From contig CAVTRY010000013.1 of the NCBI GenBank assembly GCA_963737265.1, positions 384,001 to 448,000 of the forward strand: a DNA stretch of 64,000 nt. The letters are read 5' to 3'. Numbering within the stretch: position 1 is the first letter of the stretch; the number at the start of each line of letters is the position of its first letter. This stretch comes from an uncultured delta proteobacterium. Lineage in GTDB: Bacteria; Myxococcota_A; Polyangia; Fen-1088. Shown in pieces: positions 41,541 to 51,472 of the stretch. The position numbers and the translations under genes were made by a program. Under the pieces are notes generated by a model that was not told the DNA's origin, searched no databases, and saw only the letters and a program-made list of their open reading frames with translations.

Positions 41541-42434
41541 CTACTTCGCGGTCCAAGGACTTACTCGATTCCTGCCTGCCGATTTGGAAGCATAAAGGGC
41601 CTTGTCTGCGCGGAGCAGGATCTCTTCGACGCTGACCCGTTCCGCTCCGTCGAACGCAGCGACGCCAAGGCTGATAGTCAGTCCAGGACCGATTTTTCCC
41701 TGTGGAAGATAAAGCCCTTCGACTGCTTTTCGGACGCGTTCGCAGACCGTTGCCGCGCCATCGTCGGGTGTGTCAGGAAGAAGCAGCGCCAGTTCTTCGC
41801 CGCCGTAGCGGAAGATCTCGTCGGAGCTGCGACAAGCCCGGCGAATGACGTCGCTCACTGCTCGCAGGGCCTCGTCGCCAGCCACGTGGCCGTAACTGTC
41901 GTTGTAGCATTTGAAGTGGTCTACGTCCGCGATAGCCAGGGAATACGGCCGCCCATGTCGCAACGCCAGGCTGTGATTCCGAAGGAGCGCTTTGTCGAAC
42001 GCCCGCCGATTGCCGATGCCGAGCAAGTGGTCTTCCAGCGCCAGCGCCTGCGCGGCCGCCTGGAACGTATACTGAGCGGATGCGCTCGCCATTGCTTCTT
42101 CAAGCTCGCCATCGGGGCAGGGCTTGAATAGCATCTTGAAGATTCCGCCGGAGTTGATCGCTGCGGCTGCCACCTGCATGTCTCCGTGCCCGGTCAGCAT
42201 CACCCGCACCAGGTGAGGAAATTCGTCTCGGACTCGAGACAGGACTTCGATGCCATCCATGTCTGGCATCCGGAAATCGCAGACGATGACAGAGAAGCCA
42301 GAGTCTTCGGCCAACTTTTTGAGCGCCTGTGGGCCGCCCTGCGCCACTTCCACGTCGTAGTTGCCGTGAAGTCTGCGCCTGATTCCTTGCAGCAGGTCAG
42401 GGTCGTCGTCGACGATGAGCACGCGCGGATGCAT
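41541..42434 (-). CDS. REC-GGDEF diguanylate cyclase
   Basis: REC; DVDHFKCYND, RSSD (RxxD I-site), RYGGEEL, ADKALY. Confidence 0.92.
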   Translation of the reverse strand: MHPRVLIVDDDPDLLQGIRRRLHGNYDVEVAQGGPQALKKLAEDSGFSVIVCDFRMPDMDGIEVLSRVRDEFPHLVRVMLTGHGDMQVAAAAINSGGIFKMLFKPCPDGELEEAMASASAQYTFQAAAQALALEDHLLGIGNRRAFDKALLRNHSLALRHGRPYSLAIADVDHFKCYNDSYGHVAGDEALRAVSDVIRRACRSSDEIFRYGGEELALLLPDTPDDGAATVCERVRKAVEGLYLPQGKIGPGLTISLGVAAFDGAERVSVEEILLRADKALYASKSAGRNRVSPWTAK

Positions 42435-42449
42435 GGTGTTCTTGGGGGG

Positions 42450-42647
42450 CTACTCGATCGAATCCGGGGCGAGGTTGATCGGCATCCCGACAATTTGGCT
42501 GGATAGGCTTCCGGATGCGGAGCATTCGCAGACGTTGTCGCGTTCGATGATGCTTGGGACTAGGTTTTTCCTGGACTTGCTGGAGAGAAGGCTGCGTATG
42601 CGAAGCTTCCAGCTTGTGTACGCTTGGATGGCCTCCTTGGGACTCAT
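42450..42647 (-). pseudogene. Truncated CZB (chemoreceptor zinc-binding)-like domain
   Basis: EAIQAYTSWKLRIR...RDNVCE resembles the CZB N-half (first His replaced by Tyr); similarity ends after the Cys. Confidence 0.5.
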
Positions 42648-42884
42648 CGTGGAAGATCTATCGACCAATAATGGAAAGACCTGAAGAAGTGTCCAGAAAT
42701 CGAAGCGGACGAGGCGAGGAAGACAGTGCCCAACCATCCGCGAGAACACGATGCCCACTGCCACGGAGGAGGCGTATCACCCTGTCGAGTAGCCCGGGCC
42801 AGTCGGAAACGGCGGACACAGCCAAGGGGCGTCCTGCACACCCCCGCGCCGATCCCCGACCCGACTGCCGATCATGATGGCGGA

Positions 42885-43238
42885 TCAGGATCCGGCCGGA
42901 TCGCGCACCATGATGAGCAGCATCTTGAACTTGGTTGTCGCGTTCAGGGCGTGCGGGATCCCGGCGGGCAAGAGCACCGTCTGTCCACCGTGCGCAGGAA
43001 CTTTCTTGCCGCCGATGACCAGTTCTACCCCGCCGTCCAAGACTTGCACGATGGAGTCGAAAGGGGCCGTGTGCTCGGACAGCGCTTGACCCGCATCGAA
43101 GGCGAAAACAGTGACCGTGCCACCGTTCTTCTTCACCAGCGTGCGGCTGACCACGGAACCGTCTTGGTACGCAACCAGGGCAGCTAGTTCGACGGGCTGT
43201 GCGGCGGGCAATCCAGTTGGTACTTGTTCGAGACTCAT
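42885..43238 (-). CDS. Cupin domain protein
   Basis: GSVVSRTL, FAFDAGQALSEHTAP, PAGIPHAL, FKMLL; GAGG RBS. Confidence 0.9.
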   Translation of the reverse strand: MSLEQVPTGLPAAQPVELAALVAYQDGSVVSRTLVKKNGGTVTVFAFDAGQALSEHTAPFDSIVQVLDGGVELVIGGKKVPAHGGQTVLLPAGIPHALNATTKFKMLLIMVRDPAGS

Positions 43239-43673
43239 GGTCACCTCGGGTTGGGGGTTCATTCGTTGGTCGTTCGGGCCAAAGGCCGGGGCGGACCCAC
43301 AGGCGGACCCACAGGCAGGTTGTACCTCGCCGTCGCCGCTCGCGCCCCCGGGCATCGATCGGGGCAGTTTCCACCCTAGCTTACTACTGTTCGATTTGTT
43401 CGCTGCACGCAAGGACTCTTTCGGCCTCCGCGTCAAATCGTTGCTGGCGAGGCGCGTGCCCGTGGTCGAGCTGATCGACGACAAACGCCTACGCATCGTG
43501 GACCGGAACGTACTCAAAGTCTGAGCGAATAGGGTTCAACACCAGGTACACCCCCTCATTCATTCTCCTGCCGAGACAACCTGGCACACAACGTAAGCCT
43601 TGACGAAAACGCCAACTTTGGGGTTGAAAATCACTCCCGGATGAGTCCTATTTGTGCGTACCTCGTTTAGGCG

Positions 43674-43760
43674 AGTCCGGGGCGCTGGGCTGAGATCGGG
43701 ACAGGAGCCGTCCCGGAAGCCTTCGAACCTGATGCGTTTCGCACCGCCGTAGGGAAAACG
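43674..43760 (+). promoter_or_regulatory. TPP (THI-box) riboswitch
   Basis: GGGG..GCTGAGA...GAACCTGAT...ACC.CGTAGGGA directly upstream of thiS. Confidence 0.9.
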
Positions 43761-43915
43761 GGTCTCGCCGCAAGAGCGGAGGGAGCCAAGGCCCAACGGT
43801 CGGTTCGGCCGCAGAAAGGCATCTCACGCATGCGGCTCTCTTTCCAGACTCACGCTTCCAATCATCCACTGCCTCCACTGCCCGGTGGCGCTGGCCTTGC
43901 CAGGGTGACTGGGCC

Positions 43916-44140
43916 ATGACTTCTGCTCCTCCAACCATGGTCGTTCACGTCAACGATGCATGCCGCATGGTCGCGAGCGGCGCACTACTCTCTACCTTGC
44001 TTGAGGAAATGGCGCTAAGCGATCAGCAAGGTTTGGCGGTGGCTGTCAATGCCGTGGTGGTTCCGCGGATGAGGTGGCCTCACCGAACCCTGCAAGAGAA
44101 CGATCAGGTAATTATCATCCGGGCGAGTCAGGGCGGATGA
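43916..44140 (+). CDS. thiS: Sulfur carrier protein ThiS
   Basis: [12 protein letters not shown]-terminal QGG; start may be 43937. Confidence 0.9.
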   Translation: MTSAPPTMVVHVNDACRMVASGALLSTLLEEMALSDQQGLAVAVNAVVVPRMRWPHRTLQENDQVIIIRASQGG

Positions 44141-45282
44141 AGGTGGTTTCACCAATGACCACACCGCTGACGATCGCTGGCGTCCATTTCGATTCACGCT
44201 TGTTTCTTGGAACCGGGAAATTTGGCTCGGGGCCACGCATGCGCGAAAGCCTGGCCGCCTCGGGCACCCAGCTCGTAACGGTGGCCTTGCGCCGGGTTCG
44301 CACCGACGGCGCGCCCGACGATCTGCTCGATCATCTCGAAACCGATCGCTACCGTCTGCCGCTTTACCTTTCCAATGCCTGCGCCAACATCTGCACGTAC
44401 TGTGGATTCAGCGCGCACAACCGCATCGAACGCCTCGTGCTCGATGACCAAGCGATTCTTGCCGAGTCGGCCGTGCTGGCCAAGATGGGCATGCAGCATC
44501 TGCTCCTTCTCACCGGCGAAAGCCCGCGCGTTGGCCCGGACGATCTCGTGCGCGTCCTGCGCCTGTTGCGCGCGCGTTTCGCCAGCCTGTCTTTCGATGT
44601 GCAACCGTTCGGCATCGATGAGTACCTTCGTTTCGGCAAGGAGGGGATGAACGCGGTCGTGGTCTACCAAGAGACCTACGACCCCGTTGCCTACGCTCGC
44701 CATCACCTGCGCGGTCCCAAAGCAAACATGGTCTACCGATTGGAAACCCCCGACCGTTTGGGCCTGGCGGGGGTCAAGAAGATAGGCCTCGGCGCACTCT
44801 ATGGACTCTCGGATTGGCGGGCCGAGGCTTGGTTCGTCGGTCTTCACCTGCGCTATCTGGAGGAGAACTACTGGCGTTCGCGCACGAGTATTTCATTTCC
44901 ACGTTTGCGACCGCACCAGGGCGATGATGCCATGGCGCTGTCGGCATTCGGCGAGCGCGATCTGGTACAGGCGATCTGCGCTTTCCGAATGCTCAGTCAA
45001 GAGGTTGAATTGTCGCTTTCCACCCGTGAAAGCGCGCGTTTTCGCAACCATGTCTTGCGCCTCGGCATCACCGCGATGAGCGCCGGTTCGCGCACCAACC
45101 CGGGTGGGTACACGCACGGCCAGGCGTCGCTCGAACAATTCTCGATCGATGATTCGCGCAGCCCCGCCGAGGTCGCAGCCTTCCTGCGCGCACAGGGTTA
45201 CGAGCCGATTTGGAAGGACTGGGATGGAACCTATGACGGGCAGGTCGTGCAACGAAGAGAGCGCGAGGCGCCTGCATGTTGA
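44137..45282 (+). CDS. thiH: In-frame chimera: ThiG N-terminus fused to N-truncated ThiH radical SAM
   Basis: [10 protein letters not shown]...VTVALRR (ThiG) joined at about 44356 to [17 protein letters not shown]...YQETY...[11 protein letters not shown]...WKDWD (ThiH). Confidence 0.85.
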   Translation: MKVVSPMTTPLTIAGVHFDSRLFLGTGKFGSGPRMRESLAASGTQLVTVALRRVRTDGAPDDLLDHLETDRYRLPLYLSNACANICTYCGFSAHNRIERLVLDDQAILAESAVLAKMGMQHLLLLTGESPRVGPDDLVRVLRLLRARFASLSFDVQPFGIDEYLRFGKEGMNAVVVYQETYDPVAYARHHLRGPKANMVYRLETPDRLGLAGVKKIGLGALYGLSDWRAEAWFVGLHLRYLEENYWRSRTSISFPRLRPHQGDDAMALSAFGERDLVQAICAFRMLSQEVELSLSTRESARFRNHVLRLGITAMSAGSRTNPGGYTHGQASLEQFSIDDSRSPAEVAAFLRAQGYEPIWKDWDGTYDGQVVQRREREAPAC

Positions 45283-46368
45283 CGGCCGAGGAACTGCGCC
45301 GCTATCGGCGCCACCTGTCCCTGCCCGGGTTCGGCCTGCCGGCGCAAGAACGATTGAAAGAGGGCAAAGTGCTGGTGATAGGCGCGGGCGGCCTCGGTTG
45401 TCCGGCCTTGCTCTATCTCGCGGCGGCTGGGGTCGGGCGGATTGTGGTCGTGGACCCGGACCGGGTCGAAGGCAGCAATTTGCAGCGGCAGGTGCTTTAT
45501 TCCGAGGAAGACATCGGCAAACCCAAGGCAGGGGTTTGTGCCGAAAGGTTGTCTGCGCTGAATTCGTTCATCGATGTGGTCGCCGTCGAGGAGCGTTTTC
45601 GACGTGAGAATGCCCTTGAGCTGGTTGGCGCCTGCGATGTGGTCGTCGATGGCTCCGATAATTTCGCCACCCGCTACCTAGTCAACGATGCGTGTGTGAT
45701 GACGGATCGCCCGTTCGTCTACGGCGCGGTCCAAGGCTTCGAGGGTCAATTGAGTGTTTTCAATTGGCGTGGCGGACCAACCTATCGCTGCCTATTCCCG
45801 TTGCCTCCACCGGCCGAGCTAGCGCCGAATTGCGCGGAGGCCGGCGTGCTGGGGATCTTACCGGGCATGGTTGGAACCTGGCAGGCTTGCGAGGCAATCA
45901 AGGTTCTGGCCGGCGTAGGCGAGCCCTTGTCCGGTAAGCTGCTCTTGTGGAATGCGCTGACGATGAACCTGCAAACGGTGAGGTTGGCCGCGGATCCGAA
46001 GAGTCGGCCGATTCGGGAGCTGAACTGCAGACACAGTATCGGTGGAGTGCGCGAGCGTGGGCCAGGAGATCGATGTTGCGGAGTTGCGGTCCATGCTTGG
46101 CGCGGGCCTGGTACAACTCATCGATGTGCGCGAGGACTGGGAAAGAGCCGAGGACGCGATCCTCCCGTCTCATCACATTCCACTCGGCCGGCTGGACCAG
46201 CCCCGTGCCGGCGATTGGGTCGAGGAAGTGAGAATCGACCTGCCCACCGTCGTGTACTGTGCAGCCGGTGTTCGGAGTTTGCGCGCCGTCGCCATCCTGC
46301 GCGAGCGATTCGGTTTTCGCGCGGCGAGAAGTCTGCGCGGCGGCATGCACGCCTGGCGGGCGAGCTGA
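45276..46368 (+). CDS. ThiF/MoeB adenylyltransferase with C-terminal rhodanese domain; +1 frameshift near 46023
   Basis: [33 protein letters not shown]; rhodanese LIDVRE...[10 protein letters not shown] in ORF 46042-46368. Confidence 0.85.
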
Positions 46369-46374
46369 CGACCC

Positions 46375-48123
46375 TCACACCGAAACAGTTGGCTCCAGGG
46401 ACTCCTTCAGTATCGCGATAGCTCGAGGCAGCGATCCATCCATCTCGACTTCCACCACGCGCGGCCAGTTGTGCGCGCGGGCGATTTCCGCGAGCGCGGA
46501 GCCCATGCACCACAGTGTGTTTCCGTGGATGGGACCATGCTCTGCTCTTTCACGATCGAGAGTGTCGAGGTCACGAGCTGTCTGCACGATCCAACCGGAG
46601 AGCGGCGCGGAGCCGAGCACCAGACGCGCCGCCGCGGTCAGCGGAGCGGGCACCAAGAGGACCTCCGCACTGGCACCTTGAAGCGCCTCGCTGAGTGCCG
46701 ATGAAGGCGCGAAAAGTCCGAAGCGTGCGCCACGAAGCGGTCCTTGGGCAGAGGAATCGAGCACCTCCGCGTGCGCCACGACCTGGCCGATCACGAAGAT
46801 TGCAGGTGATCGAATCCCGCTGGACTCAGCCACCTTGGCAATATCTTTCACCAGAGCGCGCACCGAGCGTTGGCGTGGAAGGGTTCCCTGCTCGATAACC
46901 GCGGCAGGTGTCGAGCTGCTCATCCCCGCAGCCATCAGGGCGGCACTGACTTCGGCCAAGGTGCTCACCCCCATGTAGCCAACCAAGGTTGCGTGCGTAT
47001 CCTGGGCCAGAAGATCCCAGCGCACCCGCGGTGTGCCGCCTTCATGCGCGGTGAAGAAGGTCAGGCGAACCGCCTCGCCCCGATAGGTTACAGGGATGCC
47101 CGCCGCCGCAGGGACGGCGATGCCCGCGGTCACGCCTGGAACGACCTCGCAAGCAATGCCCTCCTGCCCAAGTGCGAGAGCTTCCTCGCCACCGCGCGCG
47201 AAGACGAAGGGATCGCCGCCTTTGAGCCGCACCACACGCTTGCCCGCGCGAGCGAGCCGCAACAACAATGCGTTGATCTGCTCCTGTGGCACCGGGTGCC
47301 GACCCGTTTCCTTGCCGACATTGTGGAGCTCGACGTCGTCCGGGAGATCGAGCGGAATCGCTGGGATCGCGAGCCGGTCGAAGACGACGGCGTCGGCGGA
47401 TCGCAAACGGTCCAAGCCCTGAACCGTGAGCAGTCCAGGGTTCCCCGGACCCGCGCCGACGAGTGAGACGCTGCCCACGCAACCTGGAACGCTCTTGCCC
47501 TCGGGGGACGACCACGTCATCTCCTCCCGCTCGGTAGGGATCCTGACTGCCAGAGCGTGTTCGTCCACGGTGTGTGTGAAAAACCGATCATAGCTTTCAT
47601 CCGCGGTGGCGCGCGAAAGACCTTGGGCTTGCACGCGCCGGCGAAAACGCCTGGCCGCCGCAATCCAGTCCGACCACAGCGGGCCGATTCTGCGTTCGAA
47701 CAACGCGCGCAGCCGGCTCACGGCGAAGGGCGCCCCTCCGCCAGATGCGATGCTGAGCTGAAGATCCCCGCGCTGAACGACCGCCGGCAAGTAGAAATCG
47801 CATAAATCGGGCACGTCTGCGACATTGACCCAAATGCCCCGCTGTCTCCCAGCCTTGGCGACCCGGCCGTCAACCTCGCGATCGCCAGTGGCGACCAAGA
47901 CAATTTGGCAATCCGTCACATCGGAATCATCAAAGCGCCGTTCCAGCAGCGTGATCTTCCCCTCGGCGGCGAGCCGCACGATAGGCGGTATCGCATGGGG
48001 CGCAACCACTGTCACCGCCGCGCCTTCTGAGAGAAGGCGTAGCAGTTTTCGGTACGCGATTTCGCCAGCCCCCACCAGGAGACAGCGGCGGCCACGCAGG
48101 TCGAGCATGACTGGGTACATCAA
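46375..48123 (-). CDS. cysG: Siroheme synthase (precorrin-2 dehydrogenase/chelatase + uroporphyrinogen-III methyltransferase) with extra C-terminal segment
   Basis: YPVMLDL, VNVADVPDLCDF, LVGAGPG, RLKGGDPFVFARGGEE. Confidence 0.9.
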   Translation of the reverse strand: MMYPVMLDLRGRRCLLVGAGEIAYRKLLRLLSEGAAVTVVAPHAIPPIVRLAAEGKITLLERRFDDSDVTDCQIVLVATGDREVDGRVAKAGRQRGIWVNVADVPDLCDFYLPAVVQRGDLQLSIASGGGAPFAVSRLRALFERRIGPLWSDWIAAARRFRRRVQAQGLSRATADESYDRFFTHTVDEHALAVRIPTEREEMTWSSPEGKSVPGCVGSVSLVGAGPGNPGLLTVQGLDRLRSADAVVFDRLAIPAIPLDLPDDVELHNVGKETGRHPVPQEQINALLLRLARAGKRVVRLKGGDPFVFARGGEEALALGQEGIACEVVPGVTAGIAVPAAAGIPVTYRGEAVRLTFFTAHEGGTPRVRWDLLAQDTHATLVGYMGVSTLAEVSAALMAAGMSSSTPAAVIEQGTLPRQRSVRALVKDIAKVAESSGIRSPAIFVIGQVVAHAEVLDSSAQGPLRGARFGLFAPSSALSEALQGASAEVLLVPAPLTAAARLVLGSAPLSGWIVQTARDLDTLDRERAEHGPIHGNTLWCMGSALAEIARAHNWPRVVEVEMDGSLPRAIAILKESLEPTVSV

Positions 48124-48230
48124 TCCCTCATTCTGGCACTCGTGGCTTGAAAGGCACGCGGGTCCGAATCCTCACACCATGGGCGATCGAAAACGATTCG
48201 ACCATGGTTGCCGAGCGCCACTTTGGCTTC

Positions 48231-51083
48231 TCAGGCAACTGAGGAGACGACTGCGATAGGCGATTCAGTTCGAAGCGGCTGCCCCTTCAGTTCAGCCGCT
48301 GGCGGAAGCTCGACCAGCACGTCCTCGCCGTCGATCCTAACCGGAAATGTCTCGATTTTCGCGAGGTCGCCCGTCAGACACTCGCCGCTGCGAAGATCGA
48401 ACGTGTTCTTGTGCAGTGGGCATGCCACCTTGGGCTTGCCGGTGACGTCGCCAAGAATTCCCCGAGCGAGAACCATCTGCTGCTTGTGGGGGCAAAGGTT
48501 TTCGCTGGCGTACCATTCTCCCCGCGTGGCGAAGTTGAAGATGGCTATTTCGGTTTCGCCATAGCGGGCGGCGATTCCCCCGTCGCGCGGCACCTCGGAA
48601 ACCCTGGCCAGGCGAACCCACGTTCGCTGCGCGGACTGACGCGCCAGCGGCCAACCGGCTTTCCGCGCGTACTGCTGAAATTGGGCGCGGCGCTCGGGAT
48701 CGCGAAGCACGCCCGCCCATTCGCACTCGTAGGTGTCGACCAGGTATTGCAGGGCGCGTTCGAGCTCCGCGGCGATGCCGAGCGCATCTTCGACGATGAT
48801 CTCGCGCAGGCGCTCGATGCCGCCTTCCATCTTGTCGAGCCAAACCGCGGTGCGCGTCAGCCGATCCGCGGTACGAATGTAGAACATGATGAAGCGGTCG
48901 AGGTAGCGCACGGCGGTCTCGCCGTCGACGTCCTTGGCAAGAATATCGGCGTGGCGGGGGTGCGAGCCACCGTTGCCACAAACATAGATATTCCAGCCCT
49001 TCTCGGTGGCAATGAGGCCGAAATCCTTGCCCTGCGCCTCGGCGCACTCGCGAATGCAACCGCTCACCGCGCTCTTGAGCTTATGAGGCGCACGAATGCC
49101 CTTGTAGCGCTCTTCGAGGCGAATCGCCATGGCGGTGGAATCCTGCACGCCGAAACGGCACCAAGTCGTTCCCACGCAGCTCTTCACCGTGCGCAGTGCC
49201 TTGCCGTAGGCGTGACCGCTTTCGAAGCCCGCCTTGACCAATTCTTCCCAAATGCTGGGCAGGTCTTCGAGGTGCGCGCCCAGTAGATCCACGCGCTGGC
49301 CGCCGGTGATCTTGGTGTAAAGACCGTACTTGCGCGCGACCTGTCCGAGCACAATCAACTTCTCGGCGGTGATTTCGCCGCCGGCAACACGCGGGATGAC
49401 CGAATAGGTTCCGTTGCGCTGAATGTTCGCCAAAAAGCGGTCGTTGGTGTCTTGCAGCGGACGATGCTCTTGCTTGAGCACCGGCTCGTTGAAAAGGCTG
49501 GCCAAAATCGAAGCGACCGTCGGCTTGCATACTTCGCAGCCATTGCCCTGGCCATGCTCGGCAATGAGCTGATCGAAGGTGCGAATGCGTTTGGCCGCGA
49601 CAATCTGAAAGAGATCCTGCCTCGTATAGGCAAAATGCTCGCACAAACGCGGCCGCACCGCCTTGCCCAAGGCCTTGAGCTCGGCCCCGAGTAAGTCGTT
49701 CACCACCGGCAGGCAGCCGCCGCATCCGGTGCCCGCGCGCGTGTGCAGCTTGAGCAGATCCACGGTGATGCAATCGGCATCGCGCACGCAGGTGCGGATG
49801 CGTCCGGCGGAAACGCTGTTGCATGAGCAAACCGGCGCGTCGTCCGGCAAAACGAAGTTCTTGACCGCCGCTCCTCCCGGCGTCATGCCCAATTCGTCGA
49901 GCCCGTCGGAAAGCATGGCTTGCGAGCGCGAGAGATACTGCAGCCGGCCGTAATCCTTGGCATCGCCCACCAGGATGCCGCCGAGGAGGCGTTTGCTTTC
50001 GGTGTCCACCACCAGTTTCTTGTAGGTGCGCCGGATTTGGTCTTCGAACGAAAGCACCCGCGTCGTGGGCCCGGTGACAAACGGATCACCGAAGGATGCG
50101 ACGTCGGTGCCCATCAGCTTGAGTTTGGCGGACAGATCCCCGCCGACGAAGGTCGCTTGTTCGCCGGCGATCGACTTGGCCAAGGCATCCGCCATCTCGT
50201 AGCCGGGCGCCACCAGGCCGTAAATCATGCCTTGATGAAGCGCCACCTCGCCGATGGCGAAGATGCGCGGATCGCTCGTGCGCAGGTCATCGTCCACCAC
50301 CACGCCTCCACGCGGCCCCACGTCAAGCGCGGCTCTGCGCGCAAGCTCGTCGCGCGGGCGGATGCCGGCCGAGATGATGACGATGTCGACCTCGACGACT
50401 TCGCCATCGGACAATTCGACACCGCACACGGATTCTTCGCCCACGAAACGCGAGATGCGACGATCGATGTGGACAATCACGCCGAGATCGCGAATCGACT
50501 GTTCGAGCAAGGCCGAGGCCGCGGCGTCGAGTTGGCGCGGCATGAGGCGGGTGGCCACTTCCACCACATGGGTTTCGAGGCCGCAATCCTGGACGGCTCG
50601 CGCGGCCTCAAGCCCCAGTAATCCACCACCGATGACGGCCGCTCGGCGCTTGCCAGCGGCGTGCGCGATGATGGATTCGAGATCCTCGATGGTGCGGTAG
50701 ACGAACACGCCCTTCTTGTCGACGCCCGGGACCGGCGGAACGAACGGCGCCGATCCGGTGGCGAGCACCAGCCAGTCGTAGCCGTGGGATTCGCCGTTCG
50801 CGGTCGCGACCTGGCGAGATGTTCGGTCTATATCGACCACCGTTGCCCCGGTGAGAAGCCGGATGTCGCGCTCCGCGTACCAGGCCGTGGTGCCGATCGC
50901 CAGCTTGTCGGCCGAGCGGTCCTTGAAATATTCGGTCAGATGAACGCGGTCGTAGGCCGGTCGCGGCTCTTCGCCGAGCACGGTCACGTGAAAGGCATGG
51001 CTGCGGTCGTACTCCACCAGCTTCTCGCAGAAGCGGTGGCCGACCATTCCGTTACCGACCACGACGAGCGCGCCGGAAGTCAT
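48231..51083 (-). CDS. nirB: NAD(P)H nitrite reductase large subunit fused to Rieske small subunit (NirB-NirD)
   Basis: GNGMVG, GGGLLGLE, BFD Cys clusters, KSCVGTTWC, SGCIREC; C-terminal WVRLA...CPHK...VACPLHK. Confidence 0.93.
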   Translation of the reverse strand: MTSGALVVVGNGMVGHRFCEKLVEYDRSHAFHVTVLGEEPRPAYDRVHLTEYFKDRSADKLAIGTTAWYAERDIRLLTGATVVDIDRTSRQVATANGESHGYDWLVLATGSAPFVPPVPGVDKKGVFVYRTIEDLESIIAHAAGKRRAAVIGGGLLGLEAARAVQDCGLETHVVEVATRLMPRQLDAAASALLEQSIRDLGVIVHIDRRISRFVGEESVCGVELSDGEVVEVDIVIISAGIRPRDELARRAALDVGPRGGVVVDDDLRTSDPRIFAIGEVALHQGMIYGLVAPGYEMADALAKSIAGEQATFVGGDLSAKLKLMGTDVASFGDPFVTGPTTRVLSFEDQIRRTYKKLVVDTESKRLLGGILVGDAKDYGRLQYLSRSQAMLSDGLDELGMTPGGAAVKNFVLPDDAPVCSCNSVSAGRIRTCVRDADCITVDLLKLHTRAGTGCGGCLPVVNDLLGAELKALGKAVRPRLCEHFAYTRQDLFQIVAAKRIRTFDQLIAEHGQGNGCEVCKPTVASILASLFNEPVLKQEHRPLQDTNDRFLANIQRNGTYSVIPRVAGGEITAEKLIVLGQVARKYGLYTKITGGQRVDLLGAHLEDLPSIWEELVKAGFESGHAYGKALRTVKSCVGTTWCRFGVQDSTAMAIRLEERYKGIRAPHKLKSAVSGCIRECAEAQGKDFGLIATEKGWNIYVCGNGGSHPRHADILAKDVDGETAVRYLDRFIMFYIRTADRLTRTAVWLDKMEGGIERLREIIVEDALGIAAELERALQYLVDTYECEWAGVLRDPERRAQFQQYARKAGWPLARQSAQRTWVRLARVSEVPRDGGIAARYGETEIAIFNFATRGEWYASENLCPHKQQMVLARGILGDVTGKPKVACPLHKNTFDLRSGECLTGDLAKIETFPVRIDGEDVLVELPPAAELKGQPLRTESPIAVVSSVA

Positions 51084-51472
51084 ACCTTCTCCAGCGAGCC
51101 GCTCGCATCCGCGGCCGACCGATTGTAAAGGTTGAGCGCTTCCATGGCCTGGCGGCGCACGTACCTTGCCGTCTCGTCGCCTTCATCGGCGTCCTGACAG
51201 CGGCTGAGGATGAGAACCAGCGCGTCGCGCGCCAGGCGCAGCTCGTGCACAAGCCACATCACGTCGGCGAAGCATTCGTGCTTGGGGCTGCGGTAGGTTC
51301 GCTCCAGGTCGCGCAGTCGCCACTCCATTTTGTTGCCACGGTTCGCGGCCTTCCCATCGCCGTAACAGTCGGGACAGCTGACCGCCCCATGCTCGGCCAC
51401 GATCTCACCCGTACCATAACAAGTATCGCAGCCGCTAGTCTCATCCGGCGCGGTCCCTCGTCGTTCGCTCAT
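51080..51472 (-). CDS. Hypothetical protein with DnaJ-type zinc-finger motifs
   Basis: CDTCYGTG and CPDCYGDG; ATGA overlap with nirB. Confidence 0.7.
   Translation of the reverse strand: MSERRGTAPDETSGCDTCYGTGEIVAEHGAVSCPDCYGDGKAANRGNKMEWRLRDLERTYRSPKHECFADVMWLVHELRLARDALVLILSRCQDADEGDETARYVRRQAMEALNLYNRSAADASGSLEKV

Noticed and set aside
43380-43524. Short + strand peptide ending ELIDDKRLRIVDRNVLKV, faintly like a Crp/Fnr C-terminus
   Set aside because: Too short, no start or HTH; cannot be supported.
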